Below are positions 1 through 13,000 of a stretch of 60,445 nt of DNA, piece after piece (within the stretch, counting starts at the first letter, position 1; each line of letters starts with the position of its first letter). A model generated the notes under the pieces. The model was not told the origin of the DNA. It ran no database searches and was given only the letters and a program-made list of their open reading frames with translations. The DNA is taken from IMG/VR virus record IMGVR_UViG_3300036985_010229, positions 1 to 60,445 of that record; one strand, given 5' to 3'. The position numbers were made by a program, and so were the translations under genes. Source of the stretch: a virus. Its lineage: Duplodnaviria; Caudoviricetes.

Positions 1-318
1 CTAGAGCACCGGATCCTTCACGAACAGGTCGTAATCCTTGTAGGCGAACGTCGCCGTCTCGACCATGCCCAGGAAGACGACCCGGATCCTGACCCCTGGC
101 TGGACGACGCCCGTCATGAAGAGGGTGTCTGCCACGGTCCCAGTCAGGAAGTACGTCTCGTCGGAGTTGTGTTTGGAGATGATGTACTTCCGGTAAGGGC
201 CGTGCTGACCTTCAGCGTCCTTGGTCCCGAGGTAGATGCCCTCCAGGACTTCTCCGGGCTCTACCTTCCAGGGCTTCGGGGCACGGACCTTCCGCCAACC
301 GCCATTGGGATCGCTCAT
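1..318 (-). CDS. small beta-rich protein, possible OB-fold ssDNA-binding protein
   Basis: Complete 105-aa ORF preceded by GGCGTAAG. The GEVLEGIYLG...GVRIRVVFLG...YKDY pattern resembles small viral OB-fold proteins. Confidence 0.45.
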   Translation of the reverse strand: MSDPNGGWRKVRAPKPWKVEPGEVLEGIYLGTKDAEGQHGPYRKYIISKHNSDETYFLTGTVADTLFMTGVVQPGVRIRVVFLGMVETATFAYKDYDLFVKDPVL

Positions 319-335
319 GCCTCTCTTACGCCCTG

Positions 336-2942
336 TCAGGCCGAGGCGACGAGCAGCGAGATCAGGTCGGTGATAATCGCGGGGACGCCGCCCCCGAGGA
401 CCACGAGCCCGCCAGCGTAGGCGTTGGGGCCGTCCGTGGGCTTGTTCGTCGCTGACATGAGCCCAGAGACGATCCCGTCCATGCCGTCGCCGACGAGGAC
501 GAGGCCCACAGCGTCGGGGATCTCAATCGAGAGTGGGATCTCCAGGTAGACCTCGATACTGCGAATGACCTCTTGGATCTCGCGGACGCGCTGCTCCAGC
601 ATGGAAATGAAGTTCAGGATCAGGTCGGCCCCGCCCTGTACCCCTGCGCCGATTGCTCCAGCGAAGTCGGCGATCTGCGTCGCGAGCCCAGTCATGCTGG
701 ACACGGTCCCGACAGATTGGAACGGGCGGATTGCGAGCCACCCACCCAGAGTGGAGTCGCCGACCGACATACCCAGCACCTGCTGGGCAGCAGCGTAGAC
801 CTCCGGTGTGAGCAGGTCGCGGGCGTACCACCCTGCGTCTGAGGCGATCGTGCTTTCTGAGGTGGTCGTCCCAGAGCCAAGTGACACCACGATCGGAGCA
901 GCCTCGCTGGCGTTCACCATTTCTGGAATGCCTGACCCAAACCCGGCCTGCGGGTAGGTGCCTAGCACGCCGAGATTGACGCACCTTTCGTGTGAGTCCA
1001 GCGGATTGGTGACATACCCAGGCAGCGACTCAGTGTTCTTGGCCACGTACATGGTCATTTCGGAACCACCGTCTGTTGACGTGGTCGGGGCAAGGCTCGC
1101 AAGGATCGTGGACCCAATGCTTGCGTCCCCAGCCGCCCCCGCCACTGTGGTGTCCGACCACTTCCATTGCGTGAGCCCGGTAAGAACTCCCGCAATCTGA
1201 GTCAGGACGTTCTGCGGAGGGTTGCCCCTCTGCTGAATGATCTGGTCAGCGAGCACGCCGATCTTGGACCTCAGGTCCATGCCGAACGACTCAGGCTGCG
1301 CAGCCTGTGAGAAGTAGTCCTGCGGGTTCGGGAGGATACTCGGGAGGAGCGTCTGCGCGAGCGTCTCTAGCCCCGTCGGCGTGTAGCTCGACGTGTCGAG
1401 GCCAGCGTTCGGCGGAGGATTGAGCGCCGGGGCAGGGAGCACAATGTCCGAGCGGGAAATGATCATGACGGCCAAGGCCGTCTGAAGCGCCGAGAGGTAG
1501 GTATCCGCCTCAGCCGTCGGGAACGTGACCTCGACGATCGGAGAAGGCTGGCTCCGGTCGGCGACGTTGACGGGCGTCCCCGTCGAGGTCACCGGGTTGA
1601 TCTGGATACTTGCTGGGGTCTGCTGCTGGACCACGTTCCACTTGAACGTGTCCTTCGCCGTGACCCGGTTGCTGCATGACAGCACCCGGACGTACACGGT
1701 CGTCGCCTGCACCGCATGGTCGAAGTCTGGAGTCCCGTCGGGGAGGAATCCCGTCTGCCACGGAAGGTCAGTCTGCGACAACTCGAACGAGTACGACCCA
1801 CCCACCAGCGACTGCGCCAGAATGTCCGCGTGGGGGACGTAGAACGTCCGCTGATTGAAGACGCGGTCGTCACCCGTCGGTGCCTGAAGCGCGTTCGTCT
1901 GAATGACCTGCGTCGAGGTCAGGTCGGTGAGGAAGAACGCCGGGCGAGCACCCGTCTTGACCGACCCGTCAGAGTTGAAGGACTCCGACCACTGGACGCC
2001 CTCGCCGAGAACCACGGAGTCCATGCCCCCGAAGATCTGAAGCGGGTTGCCTGTGTCAGCCTCCTGGTAGAGGCCGGTCGTGTACGACGACGGTGTGGTG
2101 TCAGAACCCTCTGCGGGGACACCCACCACGCCGCCTGTGCCAGCAGGGGCGGGGGACAGGTACCCGACGTACAGACCCTGCGGGAAGACCGAGACCTCGA
2201 CTAGGAATCCGTCCGGTGGGAGCGGGGGAGCCGGAAGAGTCCCGTCGCTCGACGGGCTCGGTGAGAGCCCCCACCGGAGGATCGTGCTGGTCCTCCCCGA
2301 GACCCTGGACACCGAGGCTCTGAAGTCCGCGATCGAGTCAGTAGGAGTCCCGCCTGAAGTGGTGCGTGTCGCCCCTTGAGCGAAGTTCGCCTGAAGGCTC
2401 GAAGGGACTGGGAGGCTGGTCTGGTTGACGTTGCTGATCCCGAAGAACCGAGAGAACCCTGAGATCAGTTGGTTGACCGAGTCCAACTGGCTGGTGTCGG
2501 TCAGCCGGTTCACGAACGAAATGTCCGCGCCCGTGTAGAGGAACAACCCCACCACGGTCGTCGAAGGGGAGAGGTTCGGGCGACTCAGGTCGCTGCGGCT
2601 CGTGAGCCGCGTGAGCATTCGAGATTGGTACGCCGAGTAGCCGCCGCGAAGCTGCTCCCGTGTCGTGTCGCCGAGCAAGTACCAGTCGCCGTTGGCGTAG
2701 AATCCGGCTTGCCTGAAGTCGAGCAGTATGTTCTGAAGCGACGTGACCAGACCCTGAATGATCGCCCGCACCGGATTGAGCAAGCTCGACACGAAGCTCT
2801 TGATCACGTTCAGGACCGTGAGGGCAATGTCGAGGGCGGTAATGACAATGTCAAAGACGCTCTGGACGATCGCAGCGGCGTCGTTGATCTCGGGAATGTC
2901 GAGGCGGATTTGCAGCCCGCCCCATTGTCCTGTCGTTGGCAT
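336..2942 (-). CDS. putative virion structural protein (868 aa)
   Basis: Long ORF with helical amphipathic termini and a Ser/Thr/Gly/Pro-rich beta core; lies in the same operon as the giant structural gene. Confidence 0.55.
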   Translation of the reverse strand: MPTTGQWGGLQIRLDIPEINDAAAIVQSVFDIVITALDIALTVLNVIKSFVSSLLNPVRAIIQGLVTSLQNILLDFRQAGFYANGDWYLLGDTTREQLRGGYSAYQSRMLTRLTSRSDLSRPNLSPSTTVVGLFLYTGADISFVNRLTDTSQLDSVNQLISGFSRFFGISNVNQTSLPVPSSLQANFAQGATRTTSGGTPTDSIADFRASVSRVSGRTSTILRWGLSPSPSSDGTLPAPPLPPDGFLVEVSVFPQGLYVGYLSPAPAGTGGVVGVPAEGSDTTPSSYTTGLYQEADTGNPLQIFGGMDSVVLGEGVQWSESFNSDGSVKTGARPAFFLTDLTSTQVIQTNALQAPTGDDRVFNQRTFYVPHADILAQSLVGGSYSFELSQTDLPWQTGFLPDGTPDFDHAVQATTVYVRVLSCSNRVTAKDTFKWNVVQQQTPASIQINPVTSTGTPVNVADRSQPSPIVEVTFPTAEADTYLSALQTALAVMIISRSDIVLPAPALNPPPNAGLDTSSYTPTGLETLAQTLLPSILPNPQDYFSQAAQPESFGMDLRSKIGVLADQIIQQRGNPPQNVLTQIAGVLTGLTQWKWSDTTVAGAAGDASIGSTILASLAPTTSTDGGSEMTMYVAKNTESLPGYVTNPLDSHERCVNLGVLGTYPQAGFGSGIPEMVNASEAAPIVVSLGSGTTTSESTIASDAGWYARDLLTPEVYAAAQQVLGMSVGDSTLGGWLAIRPFQSVGTVSSMTGLATQIADFAGAIGAGVQGGADLILNFISMLEQRVREIQEVIRSIEVYLEIPLSIEIPDAVGLVLVGDGMDGIVSGLMSATNKPTDGPNAYAGGLVVLGGGVPAIITDLISLLVASA

Positions 2943-3176
2943 TCAGTGTCCCCCACCGCGCTTGCGACGAGCCATTTGCTCCTGAAGCGAGCGGATCTGC
3001 TCCTCGTCGCTCTGCACCTGAGCTTGGAGGAGTTCCTTGACTTTCGAGAGGGCCTCACGCTGCTTCTGAATGAGCGGAAGCTGGCTGAGATCGGCGGCCT
3101 TCGACTTCGCCCATGCGGGCTGGTCGGGGTCGAGCCCGAGGTCACGGAGCTTCTGCTTGAGTTCGTCCGGGGTCAT
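2943..3176 (-). CDS. small coiled-coil protein
   Basis: 77 aa with a heptad-rich Q/E/K helix; abuts its neighbours. Confidence 0.7.
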   Translation of the reverse strand: MTPDELKQKLRDLGLDPDQPAWAKSKAADLSQLPLIQKQREALSKVKELLQAQVQSDEEQIRSLQEQMARRKRGGGH

Positions 3177-3183
3177 GGTGCGG

Positions 3184-4053
3184 TCAGTACGGCCCTACGC
3201 CGTTCGGGTCCCACTCTACAGGAATCGGCTTGCCGTCGCCCCAGGTACGAGCCGTCTCTGTCTTGAGCCCGAGGACGGGGACAGCATAGCCAAGGACGAC
3301 TTCCCTCCAGAGGGCTTCGCCTGGGTCACTTCGACGAGCCGCACTCGACTGCCGGTGAGCCCAAATGTACTCGACGACCATGCCTTGGGCGCGGCCCTGA
3401 TCGACCACGAACTTCACGGCGTTGCGAGCCGCCTGGATCAGCCGCTCTGTGGGCATGGTGCAGCCGGGGGACACGAGGCCGGGGTACTTGCCCTCGCACT
3501 CGACGCCGATTGAAACGTCGTTCGCTGTGTTCGCCTGGTTGACGTACCACTCCAGAGGATTGGGCCACACGGCATGGCCGCAATCCAGGCTCGCCCCCTG
3601 GCCGTCGAATGCGATCAGGTGACACGCCACGTTCAGCGAACGCTTGTGCAGGGCGAGGTGCTTGTCTCCGCCAGCAGCGTCGATCTGTGCCTGGCTCACC
3701 CCATACCAAACGTCGGTCTGGTGCAGCATGACCCCGTGGACTGTGGCAGGGGCGCGAACCACCACCTTGCCGTCCGACCCGATCTTGAACTTGCTCGGGT
3801 CCGCCGGAGGGTTCGTCTGCATGGACGTGAGGTTGTACACGTCCACGCGCTCCTGCGCGGTGAGGGCGTCGATCACCCCCTGCGGAACGGGCGGGGTCCA
3901 CGTCAGCTTGTGGTCCTTGGCGTAGGCCCGCAGAGCGTTCCACGTCTCGTCGCCAAGCTGACCGTCCGCCCCGTACTTCGGGAGCGGATAGCCGCTGGCA
4001 ATGAGGGTCTGTTGGACCTTCTTGACCTGCTCACCCTTGTCACCGTAGTTCAT
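3184..4053 (-). CDS. endolysin: N-terminal peptidoglycan-binding domain + N-acetylmuramoyl-L-alanine amidase (Amidase_2 type)
   Basis: GDKGEQVKKVQ..L...GY....ADGQLGDETWNALRAY fits PG_binding_1. VMLHQT, SIGVECEG and HRQ....RSDPG are Zn-amidase motifs. Confidence 0.85.
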   Translation of the reverse strand: MNYGDKGEQVKKVQQTLIASGYPLPKYGADGQLGDETWNALRAYAKDHKLTWTPPVPQGVIDALTAQERVDVYNLTSMQTNPPADPSKFKIGSDGKVVVRAPATVHGVMLHQTDVWYGVSQAQIDAAGGDKHLALHKRSLNVACHLIAFDGQGASLDCGHAVWPNPLEWYVNQANTANDVSIGVECEGKYPGLVSPGCTMPTERLIQAARNAVKFVVDQGRAQGMVVEYIWAHRQSSAARRSDPGEALWREVVLGYAVPVLGLKTETARTWGDGKPIPVEWDPNGVGPY

Positions 4054-7000
4054 GGCGTCTGCGTTCCCTTCACCATAGCGAGGAGCCGTTCTTGTTCAGC
4101 GTGGCGTCGTGGAAGCTCTCGCCCGAATCGGCGGATCGCTTCGATCGTCCCAGTCACACGGTCGGTCCTCAGGGTGAGCCACGCCCAACGAGAGTCCCTG
4201 AGCTTGTCGCGCTGCTGGAGGGCTTCTTCGATCCGGTCGGGCAGCACGGGGCGGCCCACACCGTTCGCGAAGTCACTGTACGGGGGGTCTAGGGGAGCAA
4301 AGGGCGGCGTCAGGTAGTCGAGCCGGAAGTCGAGTCCCCAGAACCGGCGGTCGAGGATCGAGAGGCAGTCGCTCGTGTTGGCGAACGGGCTGACGAAGAT
4401 TCGACCTTCGAGGCTCGTGAGGTAGGCGTCGAACAGCACGCCCAACCCGTCCGAGGGGTCCGAGGGATCACCGAGGTCGGCGATATGCTGGTCCCGCTGG
4501 AACACGAAGTAGGTGCCGCTCTTGTTCGCCTCGAACAGCCCCTGGAGTTCTTCGATCCAGGAGAGCATTCGCTCCCTCGTCGAGAGAATCAGTTCGACCG
4601 TCTCTTCGGTGAGGAACCCAGTCGGGCGGATCACCTTGTACGAGAACGGAGCGACCGAGAGCCAGTCTCCCTTGAACGAGTTGGTCCCGTCGCAGAAGGC
4701 CGTGGGTCGCAGGTCCATTTGCCCCTCAAGGCCGTTCCCGGCACCTGAAAGATTGGACCCGTGGACCGTGGGGTACTCAGCGTAGGACGAGTCGAACACC
4801 ACGTCGGGCGAGTTCCGGTCCGCAGCGAGGGTCCCACCGAGGGGCACCACCTCCAGGCTGGTCGCCGTGGCGCTCAGGACCTTGTAGTAGCCCCGGTTGT
4901 CGTCTGTGCGGGACGGGCTTCCCGGCACATAGACGGGCGCTCCACGCGGCAGAACCCCGTCGTCGCCGAACGGGCGGGTTCCCTTCTCAGGCGTCACGGG
5001 GAAGCCTGTGGGGCCGCGCAGCGCCCCGGCTGGGTCGATCACCAGCACGTCGCCTGGCAAGATCCCCAGCGCAGCGAAGTTCACCGAGGGGTCCGTGTCC
5101 GAGAGCTTGTTGATCGACTGGTCGTAGGCGACTTGCGGGTCTGCGTCCGGCAAGTAGGTGACCTTGCCGCCTGTCTGCCCGACGAGGTCAGCCCTGCGGT
5201 CGAGGAGGAGCCTGTCCACCGTGAGGTCGAGAAGCTCCTCGCACGACTGCTCGTGCGGGATTGGGGCCGTCCTCAGGTAGACCTCGAACCGGGTCCCAGG
5301 CGTGACTCCTGTGAGGGCGTTCTTCGAGATCGTGAGGGTCTTACCGTCTGTCTCGACGGTCAGAATCTCAGCCTCAGCCACCACTGCTCCGAGGGCGTCG
5401 AGGAACCGCACCTGGTCGCCAGACTTGATCCCAATGTTGGGGTCGGTGAAGTCGCCCAACTGCGTCGCCGTCCCGCCCGCGAGGGGTGTCGGGTAGAGGA
5501 GGGTGTTCACAGGCTCCGCGACCAGAGCGCCTGCGCTTCCTGTCGAGGAGAACGTCTGGACGAGGCCACGTCGGATCTCGTAGACGAACCTGAGCCTCAG
5601 GAAGGCCGTCACTAGGTCATTGAGGAGCGGGTGGAACCGGCGAATGCGACGCACTTCGACCTGGGCGAACTCCAGGTACGAGCCGCCCGCTGGCCCCGCC
5701 CCCAAGTACGAGGTGGCGTCCCGTGAGCCAACCTCTGCTGCCGTGAGCGAGTGAGTGGCGTCCACGACGTTCACACGCGGCAGGCCAAGATCGTTTCCAG
5801 ACACGGGGAACGACGGCTCGACGAAGATACCGTGCCGAGCGTGGTACTCCAGGTCCCACACGTCTCCGGGCAGCAAGCACGCGGGTCCTGCCCCGTGGAC
5901 TCCGGGCCAGTTGAAGTTGGTCAGGTCGAGCGCCCCAGGAATGTCGTCGTAGACCGGCTGGTCCAACTGAAGGAACGTAGTCGAGGGGACCTTCACCTTC
6001 GAGTAGACCGCGACCTGCCCAGGGGCCGGAGGCACACCGACGAGATTGAACGCGCTCGCGTCGTAGACGACCGGCGGCCCGACTCGTGTGGCAGTGACCT
6101 TCCTGAACCCGAAGAAGTACTCTGTTCCGGCTGGGGGTGTCGGCCAGAACGTGAGTCCAGGGAGATTCGAGGGCACCTCTGCGTCGTGAGCGACGACTGG
6201 CACCACCGTCATGCCGGAGACGGCCAGACCGGCAACAGCCGCTGCCTGGAACTGTGCAAGCGTGAGGACACCACCTACGCCGTCTTGGAAGGCCGAGAGG
6301 CCGAGAAAGCGGCTTCCGACCGTGTCAAGAGACGTGTACGCCGCCGACACGGCGCTGGAGGCGAGGCCCACAGCGGTTGCGTCGAGGACCACATACACAC
6401 GCCCGCTTGGCGGGAACGCGAACGGGACTGCAACCGGGGCAGCGTTCAAGTCCTGGAGCAGGGTCAGTGGCACGAGCGACGTGACGGTGAGGTCTGGCCC
6501 GAGCGAGTTGAAGCTGACCACCGTCGGGAAGGTGAAGTCGAGCCAGTCGCCAACCGACCCGAGCGTCGTGGACAGGTCGAGTTGGTGCCCTGGAAGGAAC
6601 CCAGGTGTCTCTGTGACCGCAGCCCTGACGAGGTACGTCCCGACCTTGCCAGAGCCAAAAGGCGTGGCGGGGGTAGTCGTTGGATCAACGAACCCCTTGA
6701 CGACGGCAATGTCGCCCGGCTGAACAAGGCTCAGGCTGCCAGCGAAGTCATTCGGGGTCGTGAAGTTGTTCTCGACGGTGAACCTGTACGGGGCTCCGGC
6801 CCCGAGTAGCTCACCGACGACCATGAGCCCGTTGTAGATTGGGCCAGCCTCGTCCTGGCGGGACGAGGGGATCGCAGTGAAGGTGACTCCCGTAGCTTCG
6901 ATCGGGAGATTCCCCCGCCCCTCGAAGCCGAGCACCCGTAGCGAGCCAGAGTTCGCGGCCCATGTCCCCACCCCGTTGACCGAGGGTGTGAGCCACGAGC

Positions 7001-10000
7001 GGGCAGGGAACGTGAAGGGCAAACCAGCGTTGACGGTCGCGACGTTGTTGACCTGGTTGTCCCTCATGACGAAGGACGAGATCACTGTGTTGTAGGTCTC
7101 GGACGAGAACCTGTACGTCGCAAGTCCGCACTCCATGGGGGAGCCAGTGGGGCTCGACGGGTGAATGAACCCACGCGGCAAGGCCGTCCTGAAATCGATC
7201 CTGTCCTTGAACGTCACCCGGTCTACGTCGATCGAACCCGTCTGCGACATGAGGCAGAGGACGCTGATCGAGAAGTCGTGGAACCCGCCCGTCGTCGTGA
7301 CGCCCGGCGGACCGACCACCGGGTTGTACGGGGCGAAGTCGAAGAACACGTTGGGGGCAGCGGTCTTGATCACCACCTTGTCGGGCAGGAAGTAGAACCC
7401 GCCAGGCACGATTGGTACGAACGTCGCCCCACCGTCTCCAGACACCTCGAAGGGGCAGAGAAGAATGTTGGCACCGCCACCGAGCTTCTCGACAATGACG
7501 GTGCTGCCCACGGCGAACTGCCCTGTGGCCTTGTCGATCAGCCCGAGGGTGAACCGGCTGCCCTTTCCATTGAGGGCAAACACGTCATTCAATCCGCCAA
7601 CGGGAACAGGCAGCAGACCACCACCCACGCCGTCGTCGAGGACAATGTTGGCCGAGCCCACCGAGGACACGTCGAACGTCGTCTCGATCGGAGCGAGCGT
7701 TGTGTTCTCCTGGACGACGAGGCCCGTCGCATACGCCGGGTAGCCGACCCACGAGATCGCGTGGTTGAGGAAGTAGTCGAGGAGGGTCCCCTCTTTGACT
7801 GCCGACACGAACCGGGGGAGGTCCACCTGATTGGGGGAGCCGTTGGAGATCGCCGCGATCGAGTGGATACCTGTGGCCCCGAGCGGGAACCCAGCCAGTC
7901 CTGGCGTGCCTGTCGTGGGCGCTTGGATCAGCAGCAGGTCGTAGGGCTCGACGTTGCCCACGCCTGCGTGTCCGGGCGGCGGGGGGTAGGCACCCGAGGT
8001 CGTCTTGCGGGAGAGGTCCTCGAACAGCGAGAGTGTCGCAAGAAGCGCGGGGCTTGTGGAGACAGTCCCGTCTGCGCCGAGGGTTTCGTCGGGGTACACG
8101 GCTTCGGTCGTGTACAGGTGGACCTGCGGTGGGTTCGCAGGAGGCGGGCTGGGGCTATCTACGCGAACCAGGTCTGTGATCAGAGCCGCCGTGTCACTCA
8201 GGACCTCAAGCTCACTCAGAGGTGCCCCGTAGTAGGGCAGCGAGTAGTCGCCGGAGTCGAGGGTCTTCCCGCCTTCGAGAGCAGGGAACTTCGTCGGGAG
8301 CCGTGAGCCATTCTGGAACGAGACCTGGGCTTCGAGGGTCGAGAGAGGTGCCGGAGGACGCTGGCCAGTGATCTCCTTCAGCCCGAACAGCGTCGGGTCC
8401 GAGAAGGACGGCAGCGTTGCGTCAGTGATCTCCCCGGTGCGGGGCGTGAAGTTGAAGTCCGTGCCTGTGCGGTATCCAGGGAGTGCTGTCGTGAACGTCT
8501 GGAGTTCAGCGACCGTCGGCGGGTCCGAGGTTGCCGGGAGGCTTGCCCCAGAGACAGGCACCACGAACAGAGTGTCGCCGCGCACTGGGCTGATCGGAAC
8601 GCCAGAGGACGCCCCTGTGAGCGAGATCAGGAGCGCAGCGTTTAGGATCGGAACGTCAGCCCCGACGAGGTCCTTGCTCTTGAGGGTGACGACGCACCCC
8701 TTGAGTACCTGCTCGACGAACACGCCTGCATACCTGGAGGACGGGGGGAGCGTGGGGACCGGAATGAGCGTCCCGAGGTAGCCAAGCTCAGAGGCATTCC
8801 CCTCCGGGTAGCCGAGCGCAAGCTGTGCGCCTGCGTTGAACGGAGGCGTGTGGAGTTCAGGGTCGCCCGTGAGCAGGTCGTTGAACCCTGTGGGGATTGG
8901 GCCGACGCTCTGCGAGGCGAGCTTCGAGGTGTCTGGGAGGCCAGTGTCCGAGAGGATCGGGAAGTCCACCAGCGGCAGCGGCGTTGCAATGAAGCAGGGG
9001 CGACCTGCCGAGAGCGGGTCCACTTCGGGGAAGCCCGTCGCCGAGTAGGCCCAAACGCGAGCACGGGGAAGTCGGTCCCTCGCTTGAACGCCGAGGACGT
9101 TCTGGATCTGACCGAGGACTGGGTTCTCCAGTGCGCCGATCGTCGAGCCCGTCGTCGAGCGCATTGAGAAGGACGACCCGAACAGGAACCCGAGTGGGTC
9201 GAGCCCGAACTTCCCAGCCGAGTAGACGCCGGGGTTGCCTGTGGACTCGTTGCCGTCGAGCCCAGGTCCGAGGGTCGTGAACCCTGTCGTGCGCTCCGGG
9301 AACAGCCGCGAGAACGGATTGGCTTCGCTCAGCGGTGCGTAGAGCCCCGAGGCTGTGACGCGGAAGTAGAGGAACCCGGCGAGCTTGCGCTGGACGCGAG
9401 TGCGGGTGAGGAGCACTACGTCGTCCACGTCGTTCTTGACGAGGACACCCTGGTAGCCCGTGAGGGCGCTGAACCCAGACGGGTCTTGGTACGAGCCGAC
9501 AGGCCGACCGTTCGAGTCGGTGGTCGTGTCGAGGGGGTTCGTGATCGGGTCTGTCGCCACGAGGCGGATCGTGGGGAGTCCCTGCCGGGCTGAGAGCCAC
9601 ACGTCGAACCACAGCACCCGAGGATTGAGTGCCCCAGTGATCGCGTCCTCGTAGCCAGGCGGGACCCACGGGTCGTTCTTACCGACGTAGAGCCGTAGCT
9701 TGCCGTCACGCTCACCGACGAGCGAGCCGTCGAGGGTCTCCTCGATCTGCTCGAACGACGAGACGACCGCGTTGTAGAAGCCGAGGAACGCCCGAGCCAC
9801 GCGGTCCCGATCGACGAGGTTCTGACTCTCCGAGACGAGGCCAACACGCCCGTAGTCGGCGTTGGACTTGCTCGCCCCGGTCGAGATCGTGGGGCCGTTC
9901 GACGGCTCCTGAATGGTGGCCTGCTTCTGGAGTTCCAGCGACACCTCGCCCACATACGTTTGGAACGGGACCGCCCGAACGTAGTAGGCGTCAGGGCTCT

Positions 10001-13000
10001 CGAACGTGTAGGTGCCTTGGAGCACGCCGCCCAGACGCCCGTTCCGAGCCGAGGGCGGGTCAACGTACAGGAAGCTCGACGAAAGGCGGGGGTACTGGAC
10101 CTGTCCCTTGTCCACGAAGGGACCGATCTGCTGGGTGTCGGTCCGAGCGAAGACGAGCCTGTGATTGGCCGCAAGGCCAGGCTGACGAGGGCCAATGAAC
10201 GCGAGGTTCCCGTTGCCCGCCGTGAAGTTGAAGTCCTGCCCCGAGGTGAGCGTCCGGCCAGGCAGAGCGTTCCCGGTCGAGTCCACCTCCCCGAAGAGGA
10301 CGACCTCGAAGGGCTCCGTGGGGAGAAAGCCGCTGGTCCCGAGGAACTGGGCTGCGCCCTCCGGGTAGACCGGGCGTGCCGAGATCCGAACCGCCGTGTT
10401 GGGCATGGTCGCCGACCACGAGAAGCTCTCTTGGAACGGCGTCCCCACCGTGACCGTCGTGGCCCTGCCGTCTGTCGAGAAGTTCGCCTTCACGATCGCA
10501 AACGGCTTTCCGAACACCTCCAGGAGGTGCCCGGCCACTGCGTACTTGGTGAGGTCACCCTCGAACTTGACCTCGACCTGCCCCTTGGGGACCGGCTCGA
10601 ACCGTGGGGTCACGGCGAGGTTGAACGCCTGGGCCAGCGTCGGCAAGAAGCCAGCGTCCGAGCCCACCACAGTCACTGGGGCAGTCCCGAACGGATCGAC
10701 CGTGATCGCCACAGGGCGGTCGGTCAGGAGGGAGAGCGCGTTCGTCCCAGGGTCAAGTGAGCCTGCACCCTGCGGGGTGGACGGGAAGACCGTGACCAGC
10801 GTTGTGTCGCTCGCTGCGTCGTAGGCTGCACTCTTGACGTAGGTCGTGAACGCTCCGACTCGAAGCGCCTTGCCCACGAGGAGGTCGCTCGTGCGGTCTG
10901 TGTCGAGGAGGAACTGTGTCTGTCCCTTGTCGAGTCGGAACGGAGGCCGCCACACTGGGGCCGCCGACACCGTGTAGGCCGTCTCGCCGCCGAACGCCTC
11001 GAAGACGGCGTAGGAGATCGTGACCTTCGTTGTCGAGAGCACCTCAGCCGAGAAGGAGACAGTGTTCCGGCTGAAGTCCACCGAGCAGCCACGGGGGACG
11101 CCGTAGGTCTGCTGCTTCGAGCCTGTGTAGACGACGGGGTCCACAAGCTGATCGACCGTGCGGCCCGTCGGGTTGAACGAGTAGAGTTGGCTCGAAATCC
11201 GAGTCATGACCTCCGCTCGAATGTAGAGCGGGAGGAACTCCTTGACCTGCACGGGGTTGCCGTTGCTGTCGAGGTAGAGCGTGCCTGTGTTGGGCACGGC
11301 CCTGTAGTAGGTCGCCTCGACCAACTGACCTGCACGGATAGGATTGGCGAGGAACGTGAAGGCACCCAAGATCGGGTTCGCCGTCACGTCGTCTGTGCCT
11401 TCGGTGGAAAGCTGCTCCACGAAGTAGACGGGCTTGCCTGCGCCAGCCGCGAGGTCTACCGACGAGAGCGCAATGACCCCGGTGTTGGGGTCGATCTCAG
11501 CCTGCCCGGAGAGCAAATCCACCGCAGGCAGGAGCGTCTCGACGTAGGTGACAGTCGCCGACTGGTACTCGTCGAGGATCGCTGTGCTGAACTTCACCTC
11601 TCCGGTCGAGGTGAGGTACTCGACGTTTGCAGGATTGGTCGAGAACACCGCCACCGGGAGGAGCCCAACACCCTGGACGAACTCCTGCGTGCCGACCCTC
11701 AGATTGAACGACCCCGACGTGAACCTTGCGCCGGTCGTGGGAACGAACAGCACGCCGTTCGCTGTGGCACCCAACACGGCCTGCGTGAGCACCCCGAGCG
11801 GCAGGTCTGTGCCGGTCTGGCCGATCCGAGCGAAGATCGGGCGGCCTCGCTCAATGTCCTTGGCGGAGTCCGCCGGGGAGAGCGTGCTGCCTGCTGTGCC
11901 GAGCGACGCGAGCACTCGGATCTCGAAGGGCTCCGAGGCCAAGTGATTGAACCCACGGTAGACCACGTCCGCCACGGTCGTCGGGTCGATCGTGCCAGGA
12001 GAAGCTCCCTTGTAGACCTCGTAAGAGACGTTCTGCCCGCCGTCCCCGACCAAGAAGCTGGGGCTGACCTGCACCGAGGTCGCCGACGGGATCGCGACCA
12101 CCGAGTAGGAGCCCTGGGCGTTGCCTGAAATGACCTTCAGGCGGTCGCCAGCCGTGACCGTCGCGAAGCTCGCATTGAGGTCCGTGAGCACGTCGGTGCC
12201 CGCTGTGAAGTGGCCTCTTGAGCCCGAGAGGTTGAGCGCGCCCACCCTCGAAATGAGGATCGCCTCACCGGTCGCTCCGCCCTTCGGGAAGAGGAAGTCC
12301 ACCCCCGGTTCGAGGTACACGAAGGGGCCGCCTTCGGAGAGCCGCAGGAACCCGTTGAGTGGTGCGATCAGGCTGTCAGGAACGAGCCCAGCGGCTTCGA
12401 GATTGAGCCCAGCCACCGGAGCGAGAACCTGGCCTGTGCTGCCGCCCGAGGTCAGCCAGGCAAACTTCTTCTCCTCGAAGAGGTACTGCACGTCCGCCCA
12501 GGGCATGAGCGGGGAGTTCACGACAGGCGCGACGCCGGGAGCACCCGCCGCCGACAGCGCGAAGAACACCCCCTCGTCGTAGCCAGCCACGTCCTCGCGG
12601 GGCGGGTAGTCGAGGAACTGGAAGGAGGTGGGGGAGATCCCTTCCGTGAGCGTGCGGTCCGTGAGCCTGTACTTGTCGCGGTAGTCAGGGAGTCCCTGCG
12701 AACCGTCGAGGTCACGAGGCGACCGGTAGAACCCAAACTCTCCACCATAGTCGGGGAGCCAGTTGTGGTCGGTCGCCGACTGGTCGCCCGGCGGAGACGC
12801 CAACCACCCAGGCATGAACCCAAGCGCCCTGCACCCCGAGAGGTCGAGCACACCGCCTGTGCCGAACCCGACGCTGACGAACCCTGTCACCGGGTCAGTG
12901 TGGGCGAGCACAACGCGCCCTGAGAGGGCGTAGGAGGAGCCTGGAGCCGAGGCCAGCACGACCGCCGCGTTGAGGCTTGCAGCGACCTGGGGGGCTGTGT

